A stretch of DNA of 64,000 nt. It comes from Elusimicrobiota bacterium. Lineage in GTDB: Bacteria; Elusimicrobiota; Elusimicrobia; UBA1565; UBA9628. A program made the translations under genes and the position numbers. The stretch covers positions 72,325 to 136,324 of the forward strand of contig JAHFCE010000006.1 of assembly GCA_023249675.1 (NCBI GenBank), read 5' to 3'. The notes under the pieces were generated by a model. That model saw nothing but the letters and a program-made list of their open reading frames with translations, was not told the DNA's origin and did not search any database. Below, piece after piece: positions 54,468 through 62,528 of this stretch (position 1 is the stretch's first letter; every line of letters starts with the position of its first letter).

Positions 54468-54606
54468 GACCCCCACAGTATAGGCGTCGTTGCCGGTTAA
54501 ATCAAGGAACGTCAATGGAGACCCAGGCGCCTCTAGGTCGAATGACCGGGCCAGACTAGAGCCAAAGCCCTAGGGAAAGGCTATCGCATTTTCCTATAAA
54601 GCCGTC

Positions 54607-56889
54607 ATGAGACAAGCCTCCTGGACTCGGCGCGCTTTTGCCGTCTTCCTCGCCGCAGCGCTGATCCATGTTTCGTTCGGATCGCAGGCTTGGTCCCAAG
54701 TCGTCTCCATCGGCGCCATCAACGCCCCCGTTGGAGGCTCCCCCGCCGCCGCGGTCGATCATTTTTCTTCCCCGGACAATGCCGCCGCTCTCAATTCCGT
54801 CTTCAATGCCGATCTCACCGGGAGTCTCTCGGCCCCCGGAGTCGCTCCGGTTGCGCTGCCGCTCGCGGCCCGCGCGGCGGCCGCCGTTCCCGCGGCCCTG
54901 ACCCCGACCGCCGTTTCCGTCGCGGCATCCCAAGACGCGGCCCCGCAGACCGTCCCCGTCACGCTCCAGGCCGGCCCCCGCACCGGCCGCATCGCGCACA
55001 AAGCCGCGGCGATCATCTCCGGCGTCCAGCGCGTCTTCTTTGGCAAGTCAGTCGAGGACGTCGGCGGCGCGCCGACGCTTCATCTCAGTCAATTCTTTCG
55101 CGGGGATTCCCAACCGGGCAAGCAGGACTATGAACGGCTTTACGCCCCCATCAATTATGTCCATCCCCCGGCCCCGCCCCGGCAGCCGAAAGAACCCGGC
55201 GGCAAGGGCAAGGGCTGGTTCGGCCTGGGTGCCCTCGTCGCCGCGCTCATCGTCCCCGCGTTCATCGGCGGCCTGCTCGTCATGCAGCTCGGTATCGAAG
55301 CGCAGGGTTCCGCGATGGCGAAACTCACCGAGGACGCCTTCGGCGACTTCTCCATTTTGGCCCAGGTCTCCATCTTCGCCAGCATCGGCAGCATCATCGG
55401 CCAGCAACTGGCCCAGTTCTTCAGCGCGCAGAAAAAGGTCGGGCTCACGAAAACCTTCTACGGCGCCCAAATCCTGCGGGCCGTCTCTCTCGGAGTCATG
55501 GTCCTCTTGCTTGGAACGGGCCTCATGCCCCTGCCGCTGATGTTCGTGTTCTACGCGGTCAATGGCGTCGTCACTGGCGTGGCCCTCACCGCCTTGGGCA
55601 CCTTGCAAAAGACTTTCCTGGATCAGCAAGGCGTCAGCCAGCAGACGTTCCGCGTCTGGTACCAGCTGCTCGCCGAGATCCTCGCCGTGCCCGCGCCGAT
55701 GGTCCTGGGCTCGCTCGTCTTAAAGTTCGGCGCCGGCTGGATCACCGCGCTCTACCCCGCCACGCTCCTCCTGAGCCTGATGGTGTTCCTGATGTTCAAA
55801 GTCATCCCGTGGGGTGAGGCAAACCGCATCGAGAACCAGGCCGCCCGCGCGATGAAGGCGGCCGCCCCGGCCCCGACTCCGGACGAGCCAAAGATCGGCG
55901 CCTGGAAGAAGATCAAGAACGCGTTCGGGCGGATCTTCGCGAGCATGGAAGAGGGAAAGGACTTCGTCTTCAAGAACGCCGTCCTGAAGTATGCGTTCCT
56001 GGGCGCCACGATCTTCGATCTGATGAACGTCCTCATCTACCGCCTCATCGCCCCCGGCTACGGCAAGCTCGTCGCCGGCTCGGCGGGAATGTCGGCGGTG
56101 CAAGGCAACATCGTCGGCATGTTCAGCCTCGGCGGGCTTCTGCTCGCCGCGACCTTGCTGATTCTCGAAAAGCGCGCCAAAAAGAAGAACAAGGGCAAGA
56201 GCGAAGCCGAGCTCGCCGCCATCGAGCGCGGCTCGATGCTGCGCTGGACCTTGCTCGGCGTCCCTGCCCTGGGCCTGCTCGGCGTGATGGCCTTCCACCT
56301 CGTGCTCCCGTTCGCCCCGGTCATGTTCATGGACGTCAACTGGGTTCCGAGCACGGTGCTCGCCGCGGCACTCATCCCGTTCGGCTTCATTCAGGTCGCC
56401 GCGTCGATCAAGCTCAATTCCTACTTCCAGGATCGGCTGCCCGCTGATTCCGCCAAGATCCAGAAAGCTCTCGCCTTCTCGGGCTCGGCGATGACAGCAC
56501 TCGTGATCATGCTCATGCTGGCGCTCAAGCCGCTGTTTGGCGACATCGCCTCGTTCAATCCGTTCCCCTACCTCGCCGCCGCCTTGATTCCTCTGGGCGC
56601 CGCGGTGTTCTACATCCAGCGCAAGCTCGCCGGCGCGACCACGCCCGACAACCTCCAGCTCGCCCCCGATGTCCCCGGCGAGAAAACGGCCGGAGGCTTC
56701 GTGGGCGCCCTGCTCGGCGTGATCGCCGCAGCCCTGCTCCTGAGCTTCATGGCCTTCATCCCCGGAATAACGGGCGTGCTGGCCGGCCTCGGCGTGCTGG
56801 GAAAGTTCGCCCTGCACCTGAGCGTGGCCTTGGCGCTTCCCGCCGCGGGCTGGTTGATCGACCGCGCGATCCGCAAGCGCTCTAAGTAG
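54607..56889 (+). CDS. Divergent MFS-like polytopic membrane protein with signal peptide and ~200-aa low-complexity N-terminal extension
   Basis: Signal peptide ending AWS-Q; Ala/Pro-rich segment; then two blocks of about 6 TM helices split by a hydrophilic loop (MEEGKDFVFKNAVLK), plus extra C-terminal TMs. Confidence 0.65.
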   Translation: MRQASWTRRAFAVFLAAALIHVSFGSQAWSQVVSIGAINAPVGGSPAAAVDHFSSPDNAAALNSVFNADLTGSLSAPGVAPVALPLAARAAAAVPAALTPTAVSVAASQDAAPQTVPVTLQAGPRTGRIAHKAAAIISGVQRVFFGKSVEDVGGAPTLHLSQFFRGDSQPGKQDYERLYAPINYVHPPAPPRQPKEPGGKGKGWFGLGALVAALIVPAFIGGLLVMQLGIEAQGSAMAKLTEDAFGDFSILAQVSIFASIGSIIGQQLAQFFSAQKKVGLTKTFYGAQILRAVSLGVMVLLLGTGLMPLPLMFVFYAVNGVVTGVALTALGTLQKTFLDQQGVSQQTFRVWYQLLAEILAVPAPMVLGSLVLKFGAGWITALYPATLLLSLMVFLMFKVIPWGEANRIENQAARAMKAAAPAPTPDEPKIGAWKKIKNAFGRIFASMEEGKDFVFKNAVLKYAFLGATIFDLMNVLIYRLIAPGYGKLVAGSAGMSAVQGNIVGMFSLGGLLLAATLLILEKRAKKKNKGKSEAELAAIERGSMLRWTLLGVPALGLLGVMAFHLVLPFAPVMFMDVNWVPSTVLAAALIPFGFIQVAASIKLNSYFQDRLPADSAKIQKALAFSGSAMTALVIMLMLALKPLFGDIASFNPFPYLAAALIPLGAAVFYIQRKLAGATTPDNLQLAPDVPGEKTAGGFVGALLGVIAAALLLSFMAFIPGITGVLAGLGVLGKFALHLSVALALPAAGWLIDRAIRKRSK

Positions 56890-56902
56890 TATCGTATGAC
56901 CC

Positions 56903-57328
56903 ATGAAAATCCAGAAGATAAAGCAGTTCAGCGTCTTCATGCCCAACAAACCGGGAGCGCTCACGCGCCTCGCGGCTTTGTTCGCTGAGAAAGGCATCAA
57001 CATCCTCGGCATCGCCTCCGAAGTCCGCGACGACTCGGGCCTCGTGCGCATCGCGCTCGCAAACGACGCCGAAGCGTCGGCCGTTCTCTCGCACGCGGGC
57101 TTCTCGAGCGTGGAAACCTCCATCCTCTCCGTCGAAGTCGAGGACAAGCCCGGGGAGCTCCTGCGCGTGGCGGCCGCGCTCGCCGAGGGCAAGGTCAACA
57201 TCACGACGGTGTACGGCACGTCCGCCGAAGGCGGGAAAACCTCCCGGATCCTCATCGCGACGCAGAACACCGACAAGGCGCTCACGATCCTCGAGCAGCT
57301 CGCGAGCGGGCCTCCCGGCGCCGCTTAA
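56903..57328 (+). CDS. Tandem ACT-domain protein
   Basis: KQFSVFMPNKPGAL..GINI and VEDKPGEL..VNITTVYG. Confidence 0.9.
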   Translation: MKIQKIKQFSVFMPNKPGALTRLAALFAEKGINILGIASEVRDDSGLVRIALANDAEASAVLSHAGFSSVETSILSVEVEDKPGELLRVAAALAEGKVNITTVYGTSAEGGKTSRILIATQNTDKALTILEQLASGPPGAA

Positions 57329-57347
57329 AATTCGTTAAAATCCGGCT

Positions 57348-58202
57348 ATGTGCCGCCTCTTCGCGCAGGTCGCTTCGCAGCCCGCGTCCGCCCGGGACCT
57401 TCTCGTGGACGCGGAGTTCTCCCTGCTGCGCCAGGCCGACGCCGATCCGCAAAATCCCCAAAAAGACGGCTGGGGGCTCGCTTGGTTCGGAACTGCCGGC
57501 GAAGCGCACGTGGTCAAGAGCGGCCGGTCCGCGCCCGATGAGCACGCGCGCTTTACAGCCGCGGCCGATGCGGCGCGATCCTCTGTTATCCTTGGGCATA
57601 TCCGCGCCGCGTCAAAGGGCATCGGAATCGATGACGCACACGCACATCCTTTCAGCGATGAGGGCTGGGTATTCGCGCACAACGGGACTTTGTTCATCCA
57701 TCAGGAAGTCGCCGCGGCTCTCGGCCCCCGCCGCACGCGCCTGAAAACCGACAGCGACAGCGAGGTGTATTTCCAGCAATTCATGAAATTCCGGGCCGAG
57801 GGTGCTACGCCTTCAGCCGCGTTCGAGGCCTGCATCGCCGAGAACTGGCGGCTGTGGGACGCCTGCAAGTCCCGTTATCCCGAACTCGAGGCGCCCTACT
57901 CCAGCCTCAACGCGATCGCCTCCGATGGCAAAGCGATCCACGCACTTTGCCACGCCGCGCACCGCGGACGCGCCGAACACGCCGTCTGCCACCCGGATCA
58001 GCCTTGGTCGGTCATGAGCTTCACGACGCGCGACGGGCGCTTCGTGCTCGCAAGCGAGGGTGTCGACGGCAAAGAGTGGACGCGCCTGTCCCCGCCCGAG
58101 ACGATTTCAGCCGCGCCGTCCTCGACCGGCGTCGAAGTCCGCCGCCGTCCACTGAAGCTCGTCAGCCCGCTCGGTCCAGTTCCGGAGGCTTTCCAATCAT
58201 GA
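57348..58202 (+). CDS. Class II glutamine amidotransferase (YafJ/EgtC-like Ntn hydrolase)
   Basis: N-terminal MCRL, DGWGLAW, HIRAAS, HPF, FAHNG, DSDSE. Confidence 0.9.
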   Translation: MCRLFAQVASQPASARDLLVDAEFSLLRQADADPQNPQKDGWGLAWFGTAGEAHVVKSGRSAPDEHARFTAAADAARSSVILGHIRAASKGIGIDDAHAHPFSDEGWVFAHNGTLFIHQEVAAALGPRRTRLKTDSDSEVYFQQFMKFRAEGATPSAAFEACIAENWRLWDACKSRYPELEAPYSSLNAIASDGKAIHALCHAAHRGRAEHAVCHPDQPWSVMSFTTRDGRFVLASEGVDGKEWTRLSPPETISAAPSSTGVEVRRRPLKLVSPLGPVPEAFQS

Positions 58203-58801
58203 AATATGTCCTTATCGTCTGCGCGATCGCCGCGGCATCCTTCGTGGCCTATCAGACATTCAAGCCGGCGCCTCCTCCTCCGCCGCCCGCGGTCCTCTCC
58301 GAACCCGCGATCCTATCCGAACCCGCTCCCGTCATCAACGAGGCTGAGCAGGCGAAGATCCTCAAATTGGCCGAGGATCAGGATCCCGGCGTGCGTTGGG
58401 AGGCCGTCGTCCTGCTCGACAAGATGAAGTCGCCGCAGGCGATGCCGATCTTGTTCCACATGCTGCAAAAGGACCTCGAGCCGACTGTGCGGGTCAAGGC
58501 CGCCGAGCTGCTGGGCGGCCGGAGCGGCCCCGATGTGCTCAACGCATTGGTCGGCGCGCTGAAAGACCAGGAAACCGACGTGCGCCTGGCGTCGCTGCGC
58601 GCGATCGGGAAGATCGGCGACTACTCTGTGGCCGGGGTCATCGCCGCGGGCCCCGTCAAGGACCAAGAGGAAAGCGTACGCCTCCAGGCGCTCATGACGT
58701 TGAACGCGCTCCAGGACAAACGACAGGCCGAAATCGACGCCGCGCGCGCGCGCTACGAACAGGAAAAAGCGGCGGCGGCGGAAGCGTCCAAGAAGAGGTA
58801 A
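58199..58801 (+). CDS. Membrane-anchored HEAT-repeat protein
   Basis: TM MKYVLIVCAIAAASFVAY, poly-Pro, repeats DQDPGVRWEA / DLEPTVRVKA / DQETDVRLAS / DQEESVRLQA; ATGA overlap. Confidence 0.82.
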   Translation: MKYVLIVCAIAAASFVAYQTFKPAPPPPPPAVLSEPAILSEPAPVINEAEQAKILKLAEDQDPGVRWEAVVLLDKMKSPQAMPILFHMLQKDLEPTVRVKAAELLGGRSGPDVLNALVGALKDQETDVRLASLRAIGKIGDYSVAGVIAAGPVKDQEESVRLQALMTLNALQDKRQAEIDAARARYEQEKAAAAEASKKR

Positions 58802-58804
58802 ACC

Positions 58805-59797
58805 ATGGAACTCACCGGCATCAAGGAGCTCAATAAGAAGGTCGCCGACGAAAGCCTGTTCATCTCGGATCTCAAGCGGGAGATCGGCAAGGTCATCATC
58901 GGCCAGGACGAGACGCTCGACCGCATCCTGGCGGCGCTCGTCGCCGGCGGCCACGTCCTGCTCGAGGGGGTACCCGGCCTCGCCAAGACTTTGACCGTCA
59001 AGACCTTGGCGCGCTGCGTGCGCGCCACGTTCTCGCGCATCCAGTTCACGCCCGATCTCCTGCCCGCCGACCTCACGGGCACGCTCATCCTCGATCCCAA
59101 AACCGGAGACTTCAAGCCCCGCAAAGGGCCCGTGTTCGCCAACCTCGTTCTCGCCGACGAAATCAACCGCGCTCCCGCCAAGGTCCAGAGCGCTTTGCTT
59201 GAGGCGATGCAGGAGCGCCAGGTCACGATCGGCTCCGAGACACACGCGCTGCCCGACCCGTTTCTCGTCCTCGCAACTCAGAACCCCATCGAGCAGGAGG
59301 GAACCTACCCGCTGCCCGAGGCGCAGATCGACCGCTTCATGATGAAGATCGGCCTCGGCTACCCGACCAAGGCTGAGGAGAAGCTGATCCTCGAGCGCAT
59401 GGCCGGAGGCATCCTGCCGGAGGTCAAGGCCGTCGCGACGCCCGAACAGCTCCACCGCGCGCGCGCGGTCGCGGCTGCGATCTACCTCGATGAAAAAATC
59501 AAGGACTACATCGTGGACCTCGTCTACGCGACGCGCGAGCCCGAGAAACACCGCCTCGCCTCGCACAAGCATCTGATCGCCTACGGGGCCAGCCCCCGCG
59601 CCACGATCTTCCTGGCGCAGGCCGCGAAAGCCCATGCGTTCATCAACGGCCGCGGCTACGTGACGCCCGAGGACGTCAAAACGATCGGGCCCGACGTCCT
59701 GCGCCACCGCGTGCTCGCCAGCTACGAGGCCGAAGCCGAGGGCGTGGACAGCGACAAGATCGTCCGCGCCGTCTTCGAGGCCGTCGAAGTCCCCTAG
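58805..59797 (+). CDS. moxR: MoxR AAA+ ATPase
   Basis: LLEGVPGLAKT, RIQFTPDLLPAD, DEINRAPAKVQSALLEAMQE, ATQNPIEQEGTYPLPEAQIDRF. Confidence 0.96.
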   Translation: MELTGIKELNKKVADESLFISDLKREIGKVIIGQDETLDRILAALVAGGHVLLEGVPGLAKTLTVKTLARCVRATFSRIQFTPDLLPADLTGTLILDPKTGDFKPRKGPVFANLVLADEINRAPAKVQSALLEAMQERQVTIGSETHALPDPFLVLATQNPIEQEGTYPLPEAQIDRFMMKIGLGYPTKAEEKLILERMAGGILPEVKAVATPEQLHRARAVAAAIYLDEKIKDYIVDLVYATREPEKHRLASHKHLIAYGASPRATIFLAQAAKAHAFINGRGYVTPEDVKTIGPDVLRHRVLASYEAEAEGVDSDKIVRAVFEAVEVP

Positions 59798-60676
59798 ATG
59801 CTCCCGCAAGAAATACTCGCCCAGGTCCGGCGGCTGGAAATCGTCACAAGCCGCCTGGTCGCCGAGAGCTTTTCCGGCGACTATCTGAGCGTCTTCAAGG
59901 GGCGCGGCATGGAGTTCGCCTCCGTGCGCGCGTACGCGGAAGGCGATGACCCCCGCGACATCGACCGCAACGTCAGCGCGCGCGCCGGCTCGCCCTTCGT
60001 GCGCCAGTACGTCGAGGAGCGCGAACTCACCGTCGTCGTCGCCGTCGACCTCTCCGCGTCGCTGTCATTCGGCTCCGCCGAGCGCCTCAAGCGCGAGTCC
60101 GCGACGGAAATCGGCGCCGCTCTCGCCTTTGCCGCGCTCCAAAACAACGACAAGGTCGGGCTCGCCGTGTTCACCGACGGCATTGAACGCTGGCTGCCGC
60201 CGCGCAAGGGACGCCGCCATGTGCTCGCCGTCATCCGCGAGATTCTGGCCTACGAGCCGCGCGGCCGGAAAACGGCGATCGGGCCATCGCTGGAACGTCT
60301 GGCGCGTATGCTCAAGCGCCGCTGCATCATCGTCGTCATCTCTGATTTTCGGGACTCGGGATTTACGCGCGCGCTGAGGCTGTGCGCCCTCAAGCACGAA
60401 CTGATTCCCATCGTCATCGAAGACCCCCGGGAGTCCGCCTTGCCGGCGGCCTCAGCCATCGTTTCGGTCCGCGATCCGGAGACCGGCGCTACGGGCGTCT
60501 TCGACCTGCCCCAAGACGCCCCGGCGTTCGCGCGCGAGGAAGCCGCGCGGCGCGCGGAACTCGACAAGATTTTCCGCTCGAGCGGCCTTGAAGCCGTGAC
60601 CGTGACCACCGGCAAGCCTTCCCTCGATCCACTTCTCGCGTTCTTCCGCAAGCGAGCGAAGAGGAGAAGTCGATGA
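59798..60676 (+). CDS. DUF58 protein
   Basis: SVFKGRGMEF..VRAY..GDDPRDID.NVSAR, YVEERE, VDLSAS, ISDF. Confidence 0.93.
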   Translation: MLPQEILAQVRRLEIVTSRLVAESFSGDYLSVFKGRGMEFASVRAYAEGDDPRDIDRNVSARAGSPFVRQYVEERELTVVVAVDLSASLSFGSAERLKRESATEIGAALAFAALQNNDKVGLAVFTDGIERWLPPRKGRRHVLAVIREILAYEPRGRKTAIGPSLERLARMLKRRCIIVVISDFRDSGFTRALRLCALKHELIPIVIEDPRESALPAASAIVSVRDPETGATGVFDLPQDAPAFAREEAARRAELDKIFRSSGLEAVTVTTGKPSLDPLLAFFRKRAKRRSR

Positions 60677-61545
60677 CATTGTTGTCGTTGATATTTTTGC
60701 CGTTGATGCGGATATTGGCAGTGCCCGTGCTCGCTCAGCAGCCCCAGTGGGAGATCTCCTCTTCTTCCGTCGCCGTTCTCGCCGCAGAGTCGTCCGTCGT
60801 CTATCGCGGGGGGCCCGCGGGACTTAGGGCCGATGCTCAAGGCTCCAACACGAGCGATATCATCGTCGTTAAGGCCACGCAGCGAGACGGCGCCTGGGTG
60901 TGGACCCTCCTGCCCTTGTCAACGGGTCCCTTGTCGTTTGTCGCGCGGTACCAGGCGCCGGACGGCGCCGCCGTCGCCGCCCCGCCCATCTCTTTCACCG
61001 TGGCCGACGCCGAACTCCCGAACGAAGCGGATATCTCCGACATCAAGGGTCCGCTCAAAGCCCGTCCGGCCCTTTGGCCATGGCTCTTGGCCGCGCTCAT
61101 GGCCGCGGCCCTGTGGCGCGGCTGGAAACTCTGGAAGGCGCGCCGCCAAGCCTCTGCGCCGCCTCAGCGCGACGTTTCCGTCATGCCTCCAGAAGAAGTC
61201 GCCGCCCGCGCAATCTCGGAGTTACGCGCTTCCGGCCTCTGGGAACAGGATCAGGCCGCCTACTATCTGCGCCTGACCGACATCCTGCGCGCCTATCTCG
61301 AAGCCCGCTACGGCGCGCCCGTCACCGCGATGACAAGCGTCGAGGTCGAACGCCTTGTGAAGGCGCGCGCGCAGGATCTGCAGATCGGCGGCAAAGTCCG
61401 CGAATTGCTGACCCGCGCGGACCTCGTCAAATTCGCGAAAGCCAAAACCGCCCCGGAGGAAGGTCCTCTCGATGCGGGTCTGGCCCTGACTGTCATTGAG
61501 GCGACAACGCCCCGGGACTACACGGCGAAGGAGAAGGCGCCGTGA
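60673..61545 (+). CDS. Bat-operon membrane protein (DUF4381-like)
   Basis: ISDIKGP + TM, YYLRLTDILRAYLE, MTSVE, ADLVKFAK; lies between DUF58 and batA. Confidence 0.75.
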   Translation: MTLLSLIFLPLMRILAVPVLAQQPQWEISSSSVAVLAAESSVVYRGGPAGLRADAQGSNTSDIIVVKATQRDGAWVWTLLPLSTGPLSFVARYQAPDGAAVAAPPISFTVADAELPNEADISDIKGPLKARPALWPWLLAALMAAALWRGWKLWKARRQASAPPQRDVSVMPPEEVAARAISELRASGLWEQDQAAYYLRLTDILRAYLEARYGAPVTAMTSVEVERLVKARAQDLQIGGKVRELLTRADLVKFAKAKTAPEEGPLDAGLALTVIEATTPRDYTAKEKAP

Positions 61546-62528
61546 GATTTCTGCATCCCTGGCTCCTGCTCCTGACGCTTCCCGTGCTCGCGGCCGCCGC
61601 CGCGGCGGTCTGGCGCCCAGGTGGGGGAAAACTCGGTCTGCCCGCGGGCGAGCGCCTGCGCGCGCGCCGGCCCACGCCGCGCGCGCGCGCGGCGCGCACA
61701 GCGCCGCCCGTCCTGCTTGCGCTGACCCTGTGCCTGATCGCAGCGGCCCTGGCCCGCCCCCAGAAAATCTCTCGGTTCATCGGCGGCGACGGCGCGGGAA
61801 TCGACATCATGCTCGCCATCGACAGCTCGCTGTCGATGAAAGCGGTGGACCTCAAGCCGACGCGCATCGACGCCGCCAAAACAACCGCCAAACGCTTCGT
61901 GCTCGGCCGCGTGCAGGACCGCATCGGCCTGACGACCTTCGGCGGAGCGCCTCTCCTGCTGTGCCCTCCGACGCTCGACTACGACGCCCTGCTCGGCCGG
62001 CTCGACGAACTCGACGCGGGCATGACCCGCGCCGAGGGCACCGCCCTCGGCGACGGCCTGGCCTCGGCCGTGTCACGCCTGAAAGACTCAAATGCCAAAA
62101 GCAAGGTCATCCTCCTGCTCTCCGATGGACGCGGCAACACCGGCGTGGTCGACGCGGTCACGGCCGCGAAAGCCGCGGCGTCCTACGGCATCAAGGTCTA
62201 CGCGATCGGCGTCGCCGGCAAGGGCGACTCTTCGATGACGATCGACGACCCGCGCTACGGCCTCGTGACCGTTCCCGTAACGGACGATCTCGACGAGGAG
62301 CTCTTGGCCGAGATCGCGCGCCAGACGGGCGGCAAGGCCTACCGCGCGCAGGACGGCGGCGAGCTCAAGACTATCTTCGCGACCATCGACCGTCTTGAAA
62401 AGTCCAAAGTGACTCTGCCGAAGATCGCGGCGGTTGGCGACCTTCACTCCTGGCCGCTGGGAGCGGCGCTGCTGCTCCTGCTGCTTGAGTCGGCGCTGAG
62501 CGCGGGCCCGTGGCTGAGGTGGCCCTGA
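61542..62528 (+). CDS. batA: BatA-like VWA protein
   Basis: RFLHPWLLLL, ALARPQ, DIMLAIDSSLSM (MIDAS), DRIGL, GTALGDGL, LLSDG. Confidence 0.88.
   Translation: MRFLHPWLLLLTLPVLAAAAAAVWRPGGGKLGLPAGERLRARRPTPRARAARTAPPVLLALTLCLIAAALARPQKISRFIGGDGAGIDIMLAIDSSLSMKAVDLKPTRIDAAKTTAKRFVLGRVQDRIGLTTFGGAPLLLCPPTLDYDALLGRLDELDAGMTRAEGTALGDGLASAVSRLKDSNAKSKVILLLSDGRGNTGVVDAVTAAKAAASYGIKVYAIGVAGKGDSSMTIDDPRYGLVTVPVTDDLDEELLAEIARQTGGKAYRAQDGGELKTIFATIDRLEKSKVTLPKIAAVGDLHSWPLGAALLLLLLESALSAGPWLRWP

Noticed and set aside
54515..54600. Possible riboswitch (CTCTAG/CTAGAG and GGTC/GACC stems)
   Set aside because: No riboswitch consensus recognised; it lies between divergent promoters, upstream of both predicted start sites
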